64,000 nt of DNA from Argiope bruennichi (Eukaryota). Positions 49,302 to 63,908 of the stretch are shown one piece after another; positions within the stretch are counted from its first letter, which is position 1; each line of letters begins with the position of its first letter. Below the pieces are notes generated by a model. That model saw only the letters and a list, made by a program, of their open reading frames with translations. It did no database searches and was not told the DNA's origin. The position numbers and the translations under genes are program-made. Location: NCBI RefSeq assembly GCF_947563725.1, contig NC_079159.1, positions 100,049,559 to 100,113,558 on the forward strand. Direction: 5' to 3'.

Positions 49302-52300
49302 GTTAGAAACTGGTTATCATTTATTTATAATATGATATATATCATTTATTTATAATTATTTATAATAATCATTTTTTAGTTTTAAAATTAAATTCATATA
49401 TGGTATTGCTGATAAAAATTAATAATTTTTTTAAATATTTGTTTTAATAAATCTCAAAATTAATTATAAAACTAATTTGGTATGTAAAGCAAGATTAGTT
49501 ATTTTTACATTGGTATTAGATTTTGGCTTTTGATATTTAATTGATAAAATATTTAACTGACATCTACTTTAATTGATATGTTTTTTACAAAACTTATTAT
49601 TGCAATCTATGTTCTGTCAACAATTTTCTACATTTTCATATGCAATGGGTTGTCAGAGTTCTTCAACTCAAAAATTCTTAATTTCAAATATTATTATTGA
49701 TGTAAATAAGATGGAATTTCAGTTGCAGTTACTTTATAAATCTGATTAATGATTGTGATCTTCACAGTAATACATCATCATCCATCAATTCAATTAATAG
49801 TAATAATGAAAAAAAGAATAAATGAGAAGTGAGATAATATTAGATTGATTTGTATAATTTTTGCATTGCATTTATATGTCGGTAGTTCATTTCTGCCATT
49901 GTGATTTGCCTTTTAATGTTGAAAACAGCTGCTAATTAATCTTTGAGGCTTTCTTTTGGGGGGGGAGGGGAGGTGTTTGATATTGTAGTTTTTATTTTAT
50001 TAAGGTTTTAGTTGTCATTATTATCTGGTTTAAAAAAGTTGTGAAATTCATTAATTCATATTAACTAAAAACCTTTTTGAATATTCAGACAAAAATGACA
50101 CTTCACTGATTTGAATTGTTTATTGTTTTCTGGTATATGTCTTTTCTGCAGTGGAACAGATGAAAGCTGTATAGCTGATTAGAAATCAAAACATTGTTTG
50201 CGATTTTTTTTCTTAAGAGTTTTGATTCAGAACTAATAATTTTTTGAAATTTCTTATAATTTTTAAATATATTTTAGGTAGGTAAAGTGCTTACCCAAGA
50301 TTGCACCAAAGTACATTGATAGTTTCAATTTGCTATGCAATGGGTGTTTTGAAAAATGTTGGTAGCAACATTTCTTTTCCCTTGAAAATGCAGCTTTATA
50401 TTTGCTGACAGTATATTCTAATGGATTATTCCTTTTTCATTCTTGGAAAAAAATGAATAACTGCTTGCTTGACAATATGTTGGATCGATTATTACAGTGT
50501 TATTAGTGAAAAGGCTTTGCATAATATCATCATGCTGAACGAGACCATTTATATATATGTTAAAGCAAGTCAGATTGAATTAGGAATAATGAAGTATTCC
50601 TGCTTTGATGTCTTTTGGTGTAAATAGGGAACTTTTGATTTTTAACCTAAATTTCTTAATGAGGAGGTAAGATGTAAGAAGTTTGACTAATCATCAGAGA
50701 TTTTAATTTTTAGTCTCTTGAATACATTGGGTCATCGATCCAAATGTATTCAAAAGCTCTAAAAAGTTTGCTCCAGTATTCATTCCAGCATTTATTGTCT
50801 GAAGGTTTTGGTCATTCCAAGGAGTTGTCTTATAATTGAAACATTTTTTTTTAAACCAGATTGTTATGGTTATATTTAATCTTCAATATTGAGTCTTTTA
50901 AGGATATTTTATTCTGTAATTGTGCTGAGTTTGAGATGTGACTGACTATTATTGTTTTACATTCTGTTGCAGCTTCAGGTTAGAGTTTCTAATTTTGTTG
51001 AGTATAATATTTGATTAAATATGGATTTTTTTTATTATGTTTTTTTTCCCTCATCAATTCCTGAGCCCTTTGTATTTTTAAGTACTTGATTGCAAGTGAT
51101 AATTTTTGATGTATGACAAAGAGAAATTTTATTCTTTACTTGTTCCTGTTGCAATTTCATTAGTTTTTTTAGTTGTTGTTGCTGCTTCAATCTGTATTTT
51201 GTTACAGGATGCTGAGGATGGCTTATTTTAAAACAGTGCAGGTCTGCTTCTAATTTCCTAATTTTTCAGTGTTTGAATAGATTGATTTTGTGCATGTGAA
51301 AATTAATAATGGAAATATATTGATTTTTTTTGTAAATAAATTTCTATTATCAAATGTAAGTTCTTTTATTATATTTAGTCGGCTTTGATATTGAATACTG
51401 ATTGGAGACAATTTTTGAAGCTCTTTTGAAAAGACTTTTATCAATGGGATCTTTAATGCCCTGCCAGATACTTGCAGTTTATTTTTCTCTATTATTTAAT
51501 TTTTAACTTTAATTATTTAATTGTATTCATTGTTTTTAATAGATTTGAGGTACATTTTTAATGTTGTTATAATTTCTTCAGTGAATTATTATTTTTTTAA
51601 TTTTGTCATTTTCTTCTTCATTAATTTTTGCTTGAAAAATAAATTGCTTTACTGTAAGTAGAGTATTTTTGAATTCTATCCATTTTAGAATATTGAACCT
51701 TTCATTTGTTGAATTATCCATTCTTAAAGTAATTTTAACTTATAGTTTGTCATTTGGCAGTTTTTCTTCATGTGATTTCATTTAACAGTTTTTAACAAAT
51801 TTTGAAAGAGTTTAAGAAATTTGAGAACCCCCCAAAACAACATATGAACAAATATTCATTTTCCTTTTTATTCAATGTTGAAAAAGGTCCACGTAATAAA
51901 TTTTATAATGAACAAAGCATAAAATAGTTTTAAAAATATATTGCACTTTCATAATATACAAACTATGAAATGTGTTTAAATATATGCATTTCATGTAAAT
52001 TAAGTACCAAATACAAGTGGGCTAAGTATTGCACTATGATTTTGTTTATTTTGATAATTTTTTATTTAGAAATTTAATAAAATAATCAGATTATATTGTA
52101 TCTGAAACATTTATAAAGCACTTTAAATTTTGGAAACTTTTTAAAATTATCTGTAAGTCAAAAATTTTCATCTTTTGAAATTCTTATAATTCAGCAAAAA
52201 GTTCACCATGTTATATGCATACTGTATTAATAAAGAAGATGAAAAATTTAATGTGATATCTTCCTGCTTATGTAAAACATATTAATTACCATGTCATACA

Positions 52301-52967
52301 TTAGTTATCATGTGTACTTCTAACTAAGCATATCCCATGACAGTTTGCTTATATTAGTACTTTTAACTAAACATCCATAGGATGTCACTTGTGCTAGTGT
52401 GATATATAGCATGTGTTTTGGTTTCCACAGTTTGGTTTTCATATTTGCAGGAAATAAATGTATTATATAGCATTTCTTTCTTTCTTTTGATGTTACATTA
52501 TTACCTTTTCATTATCATGATTTATATATTTCCCATGTTATTGATTTTTAACTTGATTCATATGTGTGATTAATCATAATCAATATTTTCCTCTGTTTCT
52601 ATTTATTAAATAAATTTTAAAAAATCAGTTATTTAAATGTTTTAAAATTTTAACTTTTCTTACTACTTATTATTTCCTTGTATTTTAATTGCATAAAATT
52701 ATAATAATTGATTTTTGTTATTGTTTTATTCTATTAAGATAAACTCTCTTTCCCAGTATTATTATTGAAAATAATATGCTGCAATTACTTTTTTTCATAT
52801 AGCTCATATAATGTATTTATATAATGTAATTTTAAATTAATTTGATGTTTTTTACTCCTAGAAGCAAAATAAAATTGGATTGCAAATTTCATTAAAAAAA
52901 TTAGTATATAAATAAGTATTAATTTATAAATTTCTGCTTTCACTAATATTATTTTCCTTTATTACAG

Positions 52968-53443
52968 AATTATACTTCTCAAGAAACAGTAACACAAACA
53001 GATAATTTTATTCTGAGTGGTGGTGATTCTTTCATGGCTTTACAACTGACATCAGATATTGAATGGGAATTTCAGATGCAACTACCTGAAATTACAGATA
53101 AACTTTTAAATTATTCATTTAGAGATGTGTATGAACTTATAAAATCTCATATGCAAGACACACAAGAAATAAATGTTGAATCTCAGAATGCACTTGTTCC
53201 CTGTAATGAACTGTCAAATGAATCTGCTCCAAAGAAAACACGCCTTATTAGTTCCGTGTGTTTTGAAGTTGTAACTAGAAGAGGTTATTCCTTAATATGC
53301 CAACATGACAAGGTGAAGTCTTGTTACTCCAAAACAATCAATAATGATTTATTCAGCAGTAAAGAATTGTCTTTAAAAATGACCTGTAAATTTGACCTGA
53401 AGAAATGTATAGATGCATCACCATGTGTTGCATATTTTTTTGA
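52968..53443 (+). CDS. AASDH-like: AASDH-like exon encoding the phosphopantetheine-carrier (PP-binding) domain and the start of the beta-propeller: NYTSQETVTQTDNFILSGGDSFMALQLTSDIEWEF…KCIDASPCVAYFF(E)
   Basis: Acceptor ttattacag. FILSGGDSFMALQL is the carrier-protein serine-attachment motif (F.LGGDS / GGHSL) and parallels human FLNSGGDSLKSIRL. KCIDASPCVAY parallels human GKCVDASPLVV. Donor ga|gtaagt (phase 2). Confidence 0.85.
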
Positions 53444-54757
53444 GTAAGTCTGCTCTATTTTTCATATATATTTGCATTATTGTCCGTGTAGATGAGTATT
53501 AGTGTGGCGTCTTCCACTCAGAATAAAAAACAAAAATACTTTGAAAAAAATGTAACTTAAACAATAATGTGTAATAATAAAAATAAATTATATAAGCAGT
53601 ATCAAAACTTTATTTAAATCTAAAACATACTTAACAAATCTATCAAAAATCTCCTTCAAAATAATAAAAACAGTCTGATACTTATAGAAACCAATGATTT
53701 TAGAAATCTCTGCAAACATTTCTTTTGATTGTGTTTAGGAATTTCTATAACTGAGATTATAAATACATTTCGTTTCTCTCAAGTTCTATGGCAAACTTTG
53801 CTTTGGATTAGAATTAAATTGAATTTTTTTTTCTTCAAATATGTCAGTTCATCTATCAGTGCTTCATAGAATATTGCTTATTCCATGAAGCACATCCTGT
53901 TTTGCAATTACTGCTCTTTTACTTTTTCAGTACTTTAAAAATGATTTATTTATATAATTTTAACCCTCCAAGTATAGTGAGAATTTAATTATTTTCAATT
54001 ATAGTATATTCAGTTGCAGTTGGCATAAAGTTTATCTCATACCATTGAAGAATTTTTAAAAAAATTCAACAAAAATTTGAAGCAATTAAAAAAAAACCCA
54101 TCAAAAACCATTATGAAGCCAAATTTTTTAATTTAGACATAAGAATAATTGATAACTTATAGATCACCATAAATGATTAAAAAAAAACAATTTGAATTTT
54201 TCTTTCAATATTTTCAGTTTAATTGCTATATTTATTCATGTATATAAATACCAAATGCTCTTACAAAAGCATTTAATTTAAATTAGTTAATATTTTTAAA
54301 TATCAGTTTTAAAAAAATTAAATATTACTGCAAAATTTCCTCAAAAATATATTTACTCCCTCTCTCCAAAATATTCTGTTATTTTCTTTGCTTTTGTTCT
54401 GATGCTCAATCATTACATTTTTAATGGGATTCATTTCAAACTTGCTTCTCTACTTTTGATGCTAAGAAGTTTGAAATATTTTTTTTCCAAATCTAAGAGG
54501 TATTTATTATATAATCTGCATAGTTCCTTGTGATATACCTTTGTGTTTTTGTTCCTTTGTTTTGATTTAATTTTTTTCTGGTTTTGAGGGGGAGGGAGCT
54601 GTAAAAGACCGATTCCTCTTGATAGTAATAACCTATAAAATATTTTCTAGAGTTATTATTTTTAATTTTGTTTTGTATTTGATTACTTAATTTTTTATTA
54701 TATTTTTTGTATTGCTTTCTCAATTTTTGTTATATGTATAAATGTTATTATTTTTAG

Positions 54758-54909
54758 GAGTAATGAACTATTGGGTTTTATTGGTTCACATGCAGGTATA
54801 TTTTGTTGTTTTAATGTATTGGATTCCTCTCTTAAGTGGACTGTTAAACTTCCAGATAGAATTGAATCTTCATCATGTTTATCATTTTGTGGAAAGTATG
54901 TTTATGTTG
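54758..54909 (+). CDS. AASDH-like: AASDH-like exon, PQQ-like beta-propeller blade: (E)SNELLGFIGSHAGIFCCFNVLDSSLKWTVKLPDRIESSSCLSFCGKYVYV(G)
   Basis: Acceptor tttttag. LPDRIESSSCLSFCGKYVYVG parallels human LGDRIESSACVSKCGNFIVVG. Donor g|gtaagt (phase 1). Confidence 0.85.
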
Positions 54910-56292
54910 GTAAGTTTTTCTGTGATGAGGTAGTGTTTGTTAAAGTTCATTTTGATTCTAAACAGATTTTATTAAAAATGGAAACATTTATTTTATTTAC
55001 TTTTTGTAAATTTCAGGTAGTAGAATTATGCAATAAGGGGCTAACTTTAAAAATCTATGTTTTTATATATGTGTTTTTGTGGAACATTAATAAAAAATTC
55101 TAATTTTATATTTACTAAAATTACCTATTATATTATTACTTATTGTCTGGTATGCAATGACTTACATGTGGTTTATATATATTTGTGTGTATGTGTGTGT
55201 GTGTGCGTGCATGCACTTTTAAAAGCAATTTTCTTTAGTAATTCTGAAATCAACAAAATAGTGATTAGTTCTTGATTACATTATTTCAGCTGTTTATGCA
55301 TCTATATTCCATCTATTAAAGATTATTTAAAGATCTTATGTGTGATTTTGTTAACAATAAGTTTTCAAAAAAGTTACAGCAAAATAGAATACTATAAAAA
55401 TTATAGAATAATTATTATTAATTGTAGAATAATTATTATAATTATTATTAATATAATAGAATACTATAATACTATAATAATACATAATTACTATAACTTA
55501 TATACATGTATGTGATTTTGCTTATATTATAATTGAGGGTACTTGATATTACTTATGTTATAATTGAGGGGCATCTGTTTATATTCCTGCAAGATGTATA
55601 ATTCAGCATATAGTATTCTTTATGTATCTTCTTTATTTTATAGAGTAAGGCACTTACTGGTAAATTATCTTGATAGAAAGAGAGTAGCAAATGGATACAA
55701 TTTTGCTATATAAAATCAATTCCAAAATACACATTTGAAGATACAACTGATTTTGTTAAATATTATATAAAAGCCTGCATTTTCAAAAAAATTGTTTTGT
55801 AAATAGTCTTTGCAATGGATTAAAGTTAATTTAAATTTGTAAAGCAGTTTACTGACACATTAGGGCAATTTGTAGTTGTGAACCAAAAATTTATAAATCT
55901 GTGATTGGTTTCTAATTGCATAACTGTAACCAGAGAAATAAAGAAAATATTAAATATTCATAATTGGTATTTGCATTTTTTTTTCTTTTTTTCTTCTTGT
56001 TTTGATTTACCTAGATAAAGCTTCAAATTGAATTTATTTTGAAATGTGTAATGATTTTCAAAAAATTACTTACCAGGCCCACAGTTTAATTACACATCAG
56101 CTACAAACTATAAATTTGAACTATTATAATCTATTATTGATGATGAGACATTGTGAAAACTATCTTGCATAAAACATCAAATTTTCTGATAAATTAAAAC
56201 AGGGTTATTGAACATCTCTTTGAAATTATTTTAGTTGATATATTAGTCTCTAAATAAATAAACCATCAAATTTATAATTTCTTACATTTTAG

Positions 56293-56453
56293 GATGCTAT
56301 GATCATCATCTGTATTGTCTAAATGTTAAAGATGGGAGTATTTTGTGGCTATTCAGTTCAACTGCTGAAATTAAAAGTTCACCCGTTGTTTCATCCCAAA
56401 ATACTGTGTTTGTAGGCTCTCATGATAAACATCTATATGCAATAAATGGGGAA
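56293..56453 (+). CDS. AASDH-like: AASDH-like exon, propeller blade: (G)CYDHHLYCLNVKDGSILWLFSSTAEIKSSPVVSSQNTVFVGSHDKHLYAINGE
   Basis: Acceptor cattttag. Parallels human GCYNGLVYVLKSNSGEKYWMFTTEDAVKSSATMDPTTGLIYIGSHDQHAYALD. Donor gaa|gtaagt. Confidence 0.85.
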
Positions 56454-58433
56454 GTAAGTATGTTTAAAAAAATTGTATTGTAATTTATATAAGATCATAT
56501 ATGAGATTCATTAGATTCTATAAATATAGGATTATTAGCTGTTAAATTATCCTAAATAATAAGCAAAGATATGAAGTAAAATGTTTATGGTTCAGTGTTC
56601 GATTCATTTAAAAGAATTCTTGGCTTGGTGTTTATAATAATTGGACATTAATCTCATGAGAAAGTATATATTCTGCTATATTTAGTATATTTTTAAATTT
56701 ATATTTTCATTCCCTTAATTTTAAGTTTAAACATATGGATGAGGGATGAATAGACAGTCCTCTGCTAAGAACTTTTCTGCTGAAAAGCCTAATATTTGTC
56801 CAAAAATGCCAGAAATGAACCTCCAGTGATAAGCAAATGATTGCATTCTCTGTTGAATAATTTCATCTAACAAGTAAGTGGATAGTAGTGCATATCACAA
56901 GAAACATGGAAGATAAAACTTTCTGAAACCACTTATGAATAAATACAAACACATGAAATTATTTTCCTAATTTGCAAAGACTTTGTGGCTTTATGTGGCG
57001 CTATTCAACACTGGAGACCAAATTAAATTTGCATTGTTTCTTGCTGACCTTATATACTTTCATATGCAAGTAGTGTCACTGGCATACATGGCGTCTTCAA
57101 ATATAATGTTTCACACAACTAAAACAGTATATGAGTGGCAAAAAGAACACTGAGATGAATTCATAATATTGCTCTAGCCTCCCAATTCCCTGATTAAAAT
57201 CCATCTGACAATCACTGGTCTTGAATGAGATCACCATGATCATAATGTTTGATCTTTAGTTCAAACTCTTCCCCTCCCACTTACACACACTCTCCATATG
57301 TTTCAATTGCTTTAGAGTCAGTATAGCTCAATAACCTTGTGACAACTTTCCAGCATCTTGTCCCTTTGCAGCCAGTAGGCTGCTGTATGTACCAAACATG
57401 TGAGTATCTCTAGATATCAGTTTGTGGTCCCATTAACATTACTAAAATGTATGGAAATAAAATTATAAAACTTTATTAATTCATTGTAATTAATTCATAT
57501 AAGTGTGAGCAGTGTATTGCAGTTATGCAAAATGTGAAGTCCAAATAATCTGAAAAAGTTTCTTTAATACTGTTGTTGTTGCAAATAATAAAATGGATGA
57601 CATGCAAATAATTTTTTCTTGCAGTGAAAAAAAGTGTATTAGATAATAAGTGGATTTTTTTTTTTATCAAGAACTGGGAACAAAGAAAAATAAGAGTATG
57701 AAAATAAAAATAAAAATTTTATGAAGATTTCATTGAATTTTGGTGAAGCACTAACCACTAAACCACCAAGCCTCACATAATTTCTATTTTTGTTAATTAT
57801 TTTCCTTTTATATTAAAAATGCTTCAATAATATTTACATGAAACATATTTTTTTTTGCGGTGGTATAGCAAGTATAAATGGTGCGTAGTGAGAATGTAAT
57901 TTTTTCATTTCTTCTATCACATTTAGCATTCAAAAGTTAAATAAGACTCTAATGTTTCTTCATTGCTTAGTTTGTCAGTTACAAACTAATTGTCCATAAC
58001 TACTGCAACATCTGCTACATTATAACATTCGTTTGAGACTAATAAGACAAATTTGATGTCCAAAATGAATGCATGAGGATGGCTTCACTGTGCTATTGAT
58101 TTGTGCTTAACATTATATTTTTAATTGTGATTAAAACTTGTTAATTGTAATTTTATACTAAAGCTAAATATTATTTTATCTAGTTTAATAATTACATATT
58201 AAATCATTCATCAATGATAATTTATTATAATTAATGTATGGAAATATTTTGCTTTGAAACATAATGAATTTTGATATATATATTAAATGATGCTTAAAAA
58301 GAAAAACATATTCTAAACTGATTGCATATTTTTTTTGTTATATTTAATACTTGAAATTATTTTTACCTATCAATTTAATGTGTCAAACGGAAAAAAAATA
58401 CTGTGTACAAAATTAAATGTATCACTTTTACAG

Positions 58434-58559
58434 AATGGAAAACTTATTTGGAAAAAGACAATTGGCAAAGGAAGTATTTTTTCTTCTCCAGCTCTGCTTG
58501 AAGAATCTGGAATTCTTTCAGTTGCAACTTTAGATGGCATTCTTTCTATTTTAAAAATG
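58434..58559 (+). CDS. AASDH-like: AASDH-like exon, propeller blade: NGKLIWKKTIGKGSIFSSPALLEESGILSVATLDGILSILKM
   Basis: Acceptor ttttacag. Parallels human KCVWKSKCGGTVFSSPCLNLIPHHLYFATLGGLLLAVN. Donor atg|gtttgt. Confidence 0.8.
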
Positions 58560-60240
58560 GTTTGTATACTTGTAGACAAAAATATGTCTACTTTCCTTCC
58601 TACATTTATGTTTATTTTTCTTTCAATAAATACTAATTAATGTATTTTGTTAACTTCATAAAAGTAAATTCATTTTTTTCTTAAATATGAAGCAGCAAAA
58701 TTAGTTTATTCAGGGAAGTCTTTTGTAATTTTTAAAAATATATTGTGTCATTTATTTTTAAAATTTATTGTTTATAATATAACACTGCAGTGAATAATGT
58801 TTTTGAAACTACCACAGATGTATAGAATTAATTGTGAGAATGGGTAAGGTGCTTATTTTTTTGTGGGGAAGGAAGGATTTGATCTTCTGTTTTTGTGATA
58901 CTTTTGCTGATAGTTTTCTAGGAAATATTTAACATAAATTTTGTATGAATTATATTTGTATTATATTAAGTGTTTAATCAAAATTAAAAGTGCTTAATCT
59001 AAGGTTAAAGTGATTAAGACACTTTATGGACTACTAGTACAAAAATTCTTCTGTTATTTCTATTGTAAACTCTATTGTTTACAAAAATTCTTTACTTTAA
59101 ATTTTATTATTTTTTTTATCATGAAATTCATTTTTAAGAAAAAAAAATATAGCTACATTTTAGATTTTAATTTAGAATTATTGTTGTGTATTTGTTGTTA
59201 TCTAATGGAATCTAAAATATGAGACTTTCATTTCTAAATTGTATTTTTTTCATCAAATATTTAATGGAACTTTTTAATATAACTCATCTTTTAAAAAAAA
59301 ATGTATTACTTTCCACATTCTTAAATATGAAATTGAAAAAGCCTTTAACATTATCAAATATATTTGAAGAAAAATTTTCCCTTTGTGAAAAACATATCCT
59401 TGCAGAACAAAGCTTATCAAATCTTATCATTTATAAAAAACAGAACAAAGTAAGATTTAAGTTGGGATTAACTTTGCAAATAACTGTATGCAAATTTTAA
59501 TTAATGGGAAGCAAAGTTAAGAAAATAGCTATTTTTGGAAGAAGTATGTAATGAAGAATGCCATTTTCATACATATTAATACAAAACAGTGCATATTTAA
59601 ATAATATTCTTTCACAAAATAGAACTATTTCAATACCAGTAACTTCATAAAATCCTATAAATGCCTTAAACATCTCAATAACTTTTTTTCTTCTGCTAAA
59701 TTTCTCCATAACTTTTTTTTACTGTCCTTTACCTTGCAGCTGAACTATATTATTAGAATTAGTTTTGTTAACTCTTTTAATATTAATCCTTTTTCAATTG
59801 AACTGGGGCTTGGCATTTTTCCAAGTTTGCAATAATTATTTACTTTTTTGGTTGATCTTGTTCTAAAGTAGAGATTTTGTTTAAGCATTTTTATATGCTT
59901 ATTAACTATTGATTCTTTGCTTTGTAAACCACTAGCTTGTTATCATCAAGGACATCAATTTCTAAATTTGACAAAACAGGCAGCTTGATCATTTTTCAGG
60001 CTCATTCTTTTAAACAAAATGGACAATTATTATTATTATTATTATTTGTATCATATTCTAAAATGAAAAAGTATTTGAAGCAAGAAAGGGAGATAAAGAA
60101 TTTCATAGCTTCATATTCTCATACATGCATGTATTATTATATTTAATTGTTGCATTCATGTTTGTATCATATTCAGTTTTAATTGCATATTATATTCTCA
60201 AATATAATATTTTTCCTTTCTTTTTTGTATGTGTATTAAG

Positions 60241-60372
60241 GATACTGGTACTACTGTTTGGACCTACAGTTATGGAAAACCATTATTTTCCTCTCCATTA
60301 TTTACTACTTCAGGAATTTTTATTGGTGCCACAAATAATTGTTTTTTGCATTTTAATTTATCTGGTATATTG
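60241..60372 (+). CDS. AASDH-like: AASDH-like exon, propeller blade: DTGTTVWTYSYGKPLFSSPLFTTSGIFIGATNNCFLHFNLSGIL
   Basis: Acceptor gtgtattaag. Parallels human PATGNVIWKHSCGKPLFSSPQCCSQYICIGCVDGNLLCFTHFGEQV. Donor ttg|gtaagt. Confidence 0.85.
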
Positions 60373-63300
60373 GTAAGTAAATTATTTTTTAAAATATTTT
60401 ATATCTTGTTCCAATTTTTTTAAAACTGATTTTGTATTATTAATTTCTTATTATTAATATTTCTTTTATTAACATAAATACATAAATATGCTGTACCCTA
60501 AATGTAAATATGTGTATAGCTTTTTTTTTTATTATTTTTTTACAATTTATGAATTGAAATGATTGCATATATTAATACCAGCTGGTATGCATACTTGTAT
60601 TTGCAGAATAAATTTTAAAGAAAAAGTTTATTTTACACAATTTCCATATTTATTTATTTTCTGTATGCTAATCTTATTTACCTTAATTTTCATTGATATT
60701 TCAAATTTATGAGTTAATTTGCTAATAAATTAACTATATAATATTTTGCATTTTCTATTTTATACCATGTCAACCTTTCGATTTATAAATATGGGATATA
60801 ATTAGTGGCAAAAAATAACTATTACATACAGATGAATTTGTTTATTCAAGACTTAAATATATATTTAAATATGTTTAGAAATTTGCTGTTACTTTGTGCA
60901 ATATTTTATAAACATTCGTGTTGCAATAGGTTATATCCAATTTCTAATGATGCACAAAATTTTCACAATAAATTAAAATGCATTAAAAGCATTTTTTTAA
61001 AATAATTATTCTGAATTGCCATTCTTGTTACTAAGTATATTGAATTTCAATATACTTATAAATTAGAAAAAATAATAAAAAAATCGTCAAGCATTGAAAT
61101 AAATCAAATGAAAGTTATGAAAAAGGAAATACATTTCAAAATATAAACAATCAAGCTGAAAAGAAAATTAACTTAAATATTAAAGAATTTATTAAAGAAT
61201 CTCAAAACTTTGTTTTCAAAATAAATTTCTGTGGCATTTTTGATAACTTCATAGAATAATAAATCTAATATTTCTTAATAATTTTGGAATTCTATATTTA
61301 CACTTATATTTTATCCCTTTGCGTTATTTATTAGTTGGCACTTCTTTTAATAAATGCAATATAAGAAATTGAGAGCATCATTTAAATTGAGTCCATATTT
61401 AACTATATTTTCTTGTTTACTTGAGAATAGTTAATATAATTTGCAATAGAAAAATAATCCCACTGTTTCAGTTAACCTTGCTTATGACATTCTGCTATGT
61501 AATGTCAGAAAAAAATGTTTTATGTAAGTAATTTCAAGAAATATTATAAAGAACTTTTTAAATGCTTCTAAATTTTATTGATTAAGTAGTAATCCTAAGA
61601 TATAATATGTTTTAAAGAAATCCATTTTTTTTTCAAAAAAAAATAAAAAAATGCATGAATTAATCTTTTTGTACTGTTTGCTTTTATCATTTTTAGACTT
61701 TCTTTTCTTTCTTTTTTTTTTTTTAATCATCAGGTGACCAAATTTGAGATGGTAAATCTAATTATATCATTGAGCTATCTAATCTTAATAATTGTGTGGT
61801 GGTAAATGTATTTATAAAAGTTAAAAAAATTTTTATATCTAAAAGATACAAATACATTGATGCTTTAGAAAAATGTATTTTCATAAATCAGTTTATAATG
61901 ACAGAAATTATGTTAAAGGTTCATTGAGAGCTTCACTACTTCTTTATAGATAATAAATTTAAAGACATAATTTTCATTCAGGATGTCAACAATTCCTGGC
62001 CTTGGGCCTATTAATTTTGAAAAAAAAAAAAAAAAAAAAAAAAAACCATATATTTTTCTTTTTTTATTTAATTAAAAATACTATTTTTAACCATGAAGAA
62101 TGCAGTTTTTTTAAAATGAATTATATCTTTGCCTTAATTTTTTATGATTAGTATAGAATGAGGGTGAAGTAGAGAGTAATTAATAAGTTCCTCGCTTCAA
62201 ATAAGCTGCATGTTAGAAAAGGCCCTGGGGGGTCTGGACATTAATCTTTTTCGGCATAAGTTATCAAAATTTTTGAACAATAATGAAAAAGCTCAATGAA
62301 TAGAGTATTTGTTGATCTAAACATAGATTTTAATGTAAATTTTTTTCTTTAAACATTATGTTCCCTCCTCGGGGGTGAGGTAGATCTCTTTTAAGGATAC
62401 TGCTCATCTAAAGCAATCGATTTGTAAGAAAATCTTCACAGTTGAATTCCTTAAATTTCTTAATAGAGTTATGATATCTTTGGTTCTTAAATACTTTATT
62501 TATACTCTAAGAAATTTAAAATATTAAAAATACACAATCGTATATATTTTCTATAAAAATTATTCTAATTCAATCTAATATATGTAAATTGAGTAAAATA
62601 TTTATTTCAGTTTAATACACATATTAACAAAAAAATTAAAATCTACAAAATAAGATTTGCAAAAAATTATCATTTATTGTATTTGAACTATTAAAATTCA
62701 AAATATTTATGAAACTTTAAAAATATTAAATAAAAAATGATAAAAATTGAAAGTCTCATTATTTCATATGAAATGTTTAAAGAGGGTGGTAATATCTATT
62801 TGCTTCACAGATAAAATGATCAAAGTTTTGCATATTGAATATATTTTCTATACAAAATTATACTTTTCAAACATAGAAATGAAAGATTTTGTTAAGCTCA
62901 AGTGTCCCCATGTGAGGATATCTTTGAAATAAATTTTTATGCCTTCTGAAAGGAAGTTGAATCTTATACAAAATTATGAATTTATGTCTCAAGGATATTG
63001 TAGAAGTAAAATCTATTGATTTTTTTTAGAATTTTAATTCTTAAGAAATTAAAAAATTACCATATTGAAGACCAAAAATTGTGATATTTTAAGTCTAAAA
63101 TTAGTCCCATGAAGAAATTATATTTTTTGTACTATTTTTTTAATTAATCTCTCAATCTTTTTTAATTTTTTCTTTCTTTTTTTGAAAATTGATGATTTTT
63201 TCCCCTTCTTTTTTTGTAACGATTATATCAGAAGGAATTAACACTAATATAGTACTTTATGTTTTCCAAAAATTTTTTAATGTGATAATAGTAAATTTCA

Positions 63301-63793
63301 AAAATTTAATTTGTTAACATGTTTTATCTGTATAATAAATCTCATAATATAGCTTACTAAAATATGGATCTAATATTGAATTTATATAGCTTTAATGTTA
63401 CTGAGCAAGAATTGAAATCATCACTACTTTTTCATTTTTGTTGTTATTCATCCCTACTTTATAAAAGTGAAAACTCTTTTTCCTTTTTTGAAACATTATA
63501 TTTAATTTTTAAAATGTAAGCATCTTAGATTTTAAAAAGAGATGAGATTTAAAATTCATTATAAATTTATTCACCTAAAAATATGATTCTAAATTATTTG
63601 AACTTTTATACGTTATGTTATATGCTTTTCTAGTCTTAAAAAAAAGTGTTTCTGGTCATTTCATTTTACATTATTGCATTTTTAAAACTAATTTTTTAAC
63701 TTTAAACAATGTAACTATAATCACAATTTATTTGGAGCTCCACATTTTTTGCATTATATTTGTGACTGATCTTTTTAAATATACTTTCATTTC

Positions 63794-63908
63794 CAAAATT
63801 AAGGGCCCAAACATAAAATCTGTAAAAACTGATGGAACTATTCACTGTACTGTCACAAAATCTGGCACAGAGATATATTACAATGGGAGAAAGAATATAG
63901 CAACATAA
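63794..63908 (+). CDS. AASDH-like: Candidate distal AASDH-like exon, or part of one: GPNIKSVKTDGTIHCTVTKSGTEIYYNGRKNIAT
   Basis: Acceptor ttccaaaattaag. TDGTIHCTVTKSGTEIY resembles human C-terminal STDGKVWILESQSGQLQSVY. The real 3-prime boundary is unknown: the ORF runs to a stop at 63908 and no donor is identified. One or more exons in 60373-63790 are unresolved, and the gene probably continues beyond the window. Confidence 0.3.

Noticed and set aside
61733-61750. 18-nt micro-exon VTKFEM between a good acceptor (atcatcag) and a donor (atg|gtaaat) as the next AASDH blade
   Set aside because: It is too short to evaluate. The resemblance to the expected VWQFST is weak. No continuation exon encoding the conserved GPIFSSP could be found
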